Shown here: positions 60,288 to 64,000 of the stretch, in pieces
How positions within the stretch are numbered: position 1 is the first letter of the stretch
How the letters are laid out: the number at the start of each line of letters is the position of its first letter
From: Novakomyces olei
Taxonomy: Eukaryota
Length of the DNA: 64,000 bases
Reading direction: 5' to 3'
Assembly (NCBI GenBank): GCA_016906335.1
Contig: JADEYG010000003.1
Span: 1,674,001-1,738,000, forward strand
Program-made: the position numbers and the translations under genes
The notes under the pieces: generated by a model
Database searches by the model: none
Seen by the model: the letters and a program-made list of their open reading frames with translations, nothing else
What the model was told of the DNA's origin: nothing

Positions 60288-62422
60288 CACAGTCTCTCAA
60301 ATCATTTTCCGTTTCAACTATTGGCCCCTTAATCAAATCGACCAAATACTTATCCCGATTTGCTCTGTAATCCAGAACTCGTATAATGTCTGTATTTCCC
60401 TTCAACTTCTTCTGTAAAGCCGACGTTACAAACGGCAAGCGAGGCAACAACACTGGCTTGAACATGAGCAAACCTGCTTCTATCAAGTCGCTGTCCAGAA
60501 ATGCTAAACTTGCCTCCGATAATGACTCTTTCAAGTTGAGTCCATTGTAAGTAAGGCGGTTATTCCTTCGACGAAATTCTTTTAAATAAATATCAGAATA
60601 TTTAGTAGCATCTTCACTGGCCAGGAAAATGGACAGTATTCTCACATACGCTGTTAAAAGTGGTCCCCTAAGCAATTGAGTGACTTTTTCATCATTGCTC
60701 ATACTAGCGATGGCTTCTATGGGCATCATCAATCGGCTGATTTCAGCCTCCAAGAAATCCGCCAAAACTTCGGTTTTTACTCTGTAATAGCTGGAGGGAC
60801 ATGGAACTTCAGATTCTGATTCCAATGTCTCCAATACAGAGTAGTCGTCTAAGCTGAAGTCTAGTATTTTATCATATGTTATTCTAAACTCTCTTCTCAC
60901 ACCAAAACTTGACTTTTTTGAAGCCGTGAGGCTTTCACAAATCCTCTGCTTTGTGGCAACGTACGCTGAGACGACAGAATTTCGAGACAGTGGCTTTCCA
61001 AAGCGACTATTTTCAGCATGGAACTCGCTGAACATGTCATTTGACATGTATAGAGACTCGAAATGAGGCAGTCCGAACGACCTATGGCCTTTCTTAGGAG
61101 TAGTAATAACATCTTTAAAGCTGTTATAAGCTTTCAATTGGGCGAGTCCAGTAGACTGCCGTAAAACACATCGGATATTTGTAACTGCGTCCACCGAGCC
61201 AGCTTCGCCCAAAAAATAAAAAGGATAATATTGGAAGCCATAGCGTGATGCAGCTGGCCGTGGGCTCAAGGTAGATGAAAGGAAACCAATCAAAGGATCT
61301 TTTTTATACAAAAGAGTAGTCGGCTCATCGGAATCCGGGACATCTTCAACTCCAATATCAATGAATATGTCTGAGGCCTTAATTTTATTGTCGTTCCCGT
61401 CACGACTCCAATTGATCATCTCACTCAACTTTTCATCAAATCGCATAATAGTATCATAAAGACTCTTCGTCTTGTACGACAACTTTGTGTCGTGAGCTTC
61501 ACAAATTATAAATGGATCCTTAAATTTGGAGAGGTCGGGGTCTGTTGAGTCTAACAATTGTAGAATTTCGTTCCACAAACGGTCGAAATAGATGTTTTTG
61601 AGATAAGCACCGTTTGGAAAGGCCGACAGTGATCCAGGCGACTCTTCCCTCGCTACTTTCGACTTGTAAAGGGCTTCCTCAAAGCTTCTGGGCATATGCT
61701 GCAGAACATCCCAAGGAAGAACCCTTTTACAAGCCGGAAGCAATATTTTATTAATCCAAACTGCCATTTCATCGTTGGTTGGGTACACCTCCGTCGATTG
61801 TTTAGCCCGCACAGACCCAAAGCAAACCTTGACCCACGTTCCTCGAACATTATTCGCGACAGCCAAACGGATAAAGTAGAAATGCTTGTAAGCACTTGGG
61901 TTCCGACCCAGCGGCCTGACATGGAGCTGCTGGTTTTTGACCGACAGAAAGGGGATGTAAAAATGTAAAACTCCATCTTGTTTGAAACTTCCGAGATTGG
62001 AACTTCCAATGATAAGACTGTCGATGTCATAAACACGACGAATATTAACATCTTCTAAAGAGCCTTTTTCTAAAGTTATCGAGTGTCTTTTGTCCCCATG
62101 ACAACCGGTAAGCAGCCTTTCCCAATCCACCGCGTCTTCTCCAAACTCAGAGATACAGGGCTGAAATATTGGCCATTGGGTTTTATCCATAATATTTTTA
62201 AGCCAGACAGCATGAAGCTCTATAGGACACTGCCCAATTTGGGTGTTAATGTCACTCGTCACATTGTACTGAATACCCTAGATATATTCAAACCGGAATT
62301 ATGGCGAAATTCCATTTTTATGTAATGTGATTCTTATTATGTATAATTCTAGTCAGGGTTTTCGCTTTTCCTTTACGCCATAATTCCATTTCGAAAAATA
62401 ATTAATGTATGAGGGGGGGGTC

Positions 62423-62576
62423 ATGCCAATTTCCTTAGCATTCCCGCGAATTATGGCGTAATTCTAATAAGAATGGTAGGAGAAACGTGGAGGCAGGGTT
62501 TTTTAGGGAGAATTTTCCGACTAAATTCCAAATTATAATATGGGAAATTGCGCGGGAATGCTAAGGAAATTGGCAT
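62423..62576. repeat. Perfect 26-bp inverted repeat with a 102-bp spacer
   Basis: ATGCCAATTTCCTTAGCATTCCCGCG (62423-62448) and CGCGGGAATGCTAAGGAAATTGGCAT (62551-62576). Confidence 0.92.
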
Positions 62577-62650
62577 AAACGGGGGTAAGAACGACGTAAG
62601 AGCAAAAATAGTTTCCGCCTTAATTCCAAAACATTGGCAAACCATATTGC

Positions 62651-63853
62651 GGCGAGGGTAGGGTTGCTGAATTTATAAAATATAATTATTATACAAGATG
62701 GTCTACACATATTATAGCTATCTGATAATATAATAAAAATATTATAGAGAGAGCCCCATAGTAATAAAGTATAATAAGAAAAACGTCAGAAAAATAAGAA
62801 AAATTAAGAGTGTGTAGTCCATGTGTAGAGGTGACAAAACGTCGAATGAACAAGTGTTTTTACAAAAAGTGTATGGTTGGATAGAGGGGTGCAGTAGGAG
62901 TGTAAATATATACTTGTTTACAAGATTGGATTAGTAATTATGGAGATATATGGGTTTAAAGATTTATAAAAAGCTCATGACGGCGCAGGATGCATTTTAT
63001 GTGGCATTATAATAATGTATAGTAGAATAATTTATTGTAAAGCAATGTATGTATAATAATGTATAGTATAATAATGTATGGTAATTTAATGTATAGGAAT
63101 AATGTATGTATAATAATGTATGGTATAATAATGTATGGTATAATAATATATGGTAGAATAATGTATTGTAAAGTTATTGTAAAGTAATGTATGTATAATA
63201 ATGTATGGTAGAATAATGTATTGTAAAGTTATTGTAAAGTAATGTATGTATAATAATGTATGGAGGAATATATAGGAATAATGTATGTATAATAATGTAT
63301 GGTATAATAATGTATGGTATAATAATATATGGTAGAATAATGTATTGTAAAGTTATTGTAAAGTAATGTATGTATAATAATGTATGGAGGAATAATGTAT
63401 GGAGGAATAATGTATGTATAATAATGTGTGGTATAATAATATATGGTAAAATAATGTATTGTAAAGTGAATAATGTATGTATAATAATGTATGGTATAAT
63501 AATGTATTGTAAAGTAAAGTATGTATAATAATGTATGGTAAATAATATATGGTAGAATAATGTATTGTAAAGTTATTGTAAAGTAATGTATGTATAATAA
63601 TATATGGTAGAATCATATGGTATAATAATATATGGCATTATAATGTATGGTATAATAATATATGGTGGAATAATGTATGGAGGAATAATGTATGTATAAT
63701 AATGTATGGTATAATAATATATGGGGGATTAATGTATGGGAATAATGTATGGGGAATTAATGTATGGGGGATTAATGTATGGAGAATAATGTGTATGGGG
63801 GAATAATGTATGGGGGAATAATGTACGGTGATATTTATTTAGGGTTAGGGTTA
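62651..63853 (+). repeat. Partial repeat R copy 3, then minisatellite, then TTAGGGTTAGGGTTA
   Basis: 62651-~63060 aligns with ~41433-41833 but is more diverged. TAATGTATG array runs to ~63830; telomere-like tract at 63839-63853. Confidence 0.88.
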
Positions 63854-64000
63854 TTTATGATCGAATGGAGTAGAGAATTATATTGAGATTGTTGGATATG
63901 AAAGGGAGGGAGAGAGTTGGAGTTGAGATAGGAAGTAAAGGGAAATAGAAAATGGGAATAGAGTAATGTAGAAGTTGCCAAAAAAATGTTTGATAAAGGA

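Larger units (their letters stand above)
53087..62262 (-). pseudogene. ~900-codon orphan gene interrupted by element B
   Basis: Removing 53823-60287 and one CACAG fuses the two ORFs in frame (..ENDLRDC|ALTTKRAKVLKICHEM..), giving 2706 nt. The ORF-track start is GTG, so a 5' exon is possible. Confidence 0.85.

Overview
Fungal (ascomycete-type) genomic DNA with short GT-AG introns. The left ~36 kb holds metabolic genes: an aldehyde dehydrogenase, alcohol dehydrogenase and Zn2Cys6 factor group, an FAD oxidoreductase, and a decayed DUR3-like transporter. It also has two HNH nuclease genes and a five-gene candidate biosynthetic cluster (Zn2Cys6 factor, A-T-C NRPS-like enzyme, HxxxD acyltransferase, fatty acyl-CoA ligase, TmpA-like membrane flavoprotein), followed by a STE20/GCK-III kinase. 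The right ~28 kb is accessory and repeat-rich. It contains a Crinkler-like nuclease and a FunK1 kinase, nested Ty3/Gypsy chromoviruses, telomere-like TTAGGG/TTAGTTAGGG tracts at junctions, a ~620-bp repeat family and AT-rich minisatellites. The top finding is an intact, apparently recent Ty3/Gypsy element (53823-60287; matching 392-bp LTRs, CACAG target-site duplication). Between its chromodomain-bearing pol and 3' LTR it carries an extra C2H2-zinc-finger + JmjC (KDM2/Epe1-like) gene, a candidate self-encoded anti-silencing enzyme. That element splits a ~900-codon orphan gene, which lies in a ~7-kb unit framed by long direct repeats and telomere-like tracts and may be a second unknown mobile element. 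All comparisons were made by eye; no searches were run.
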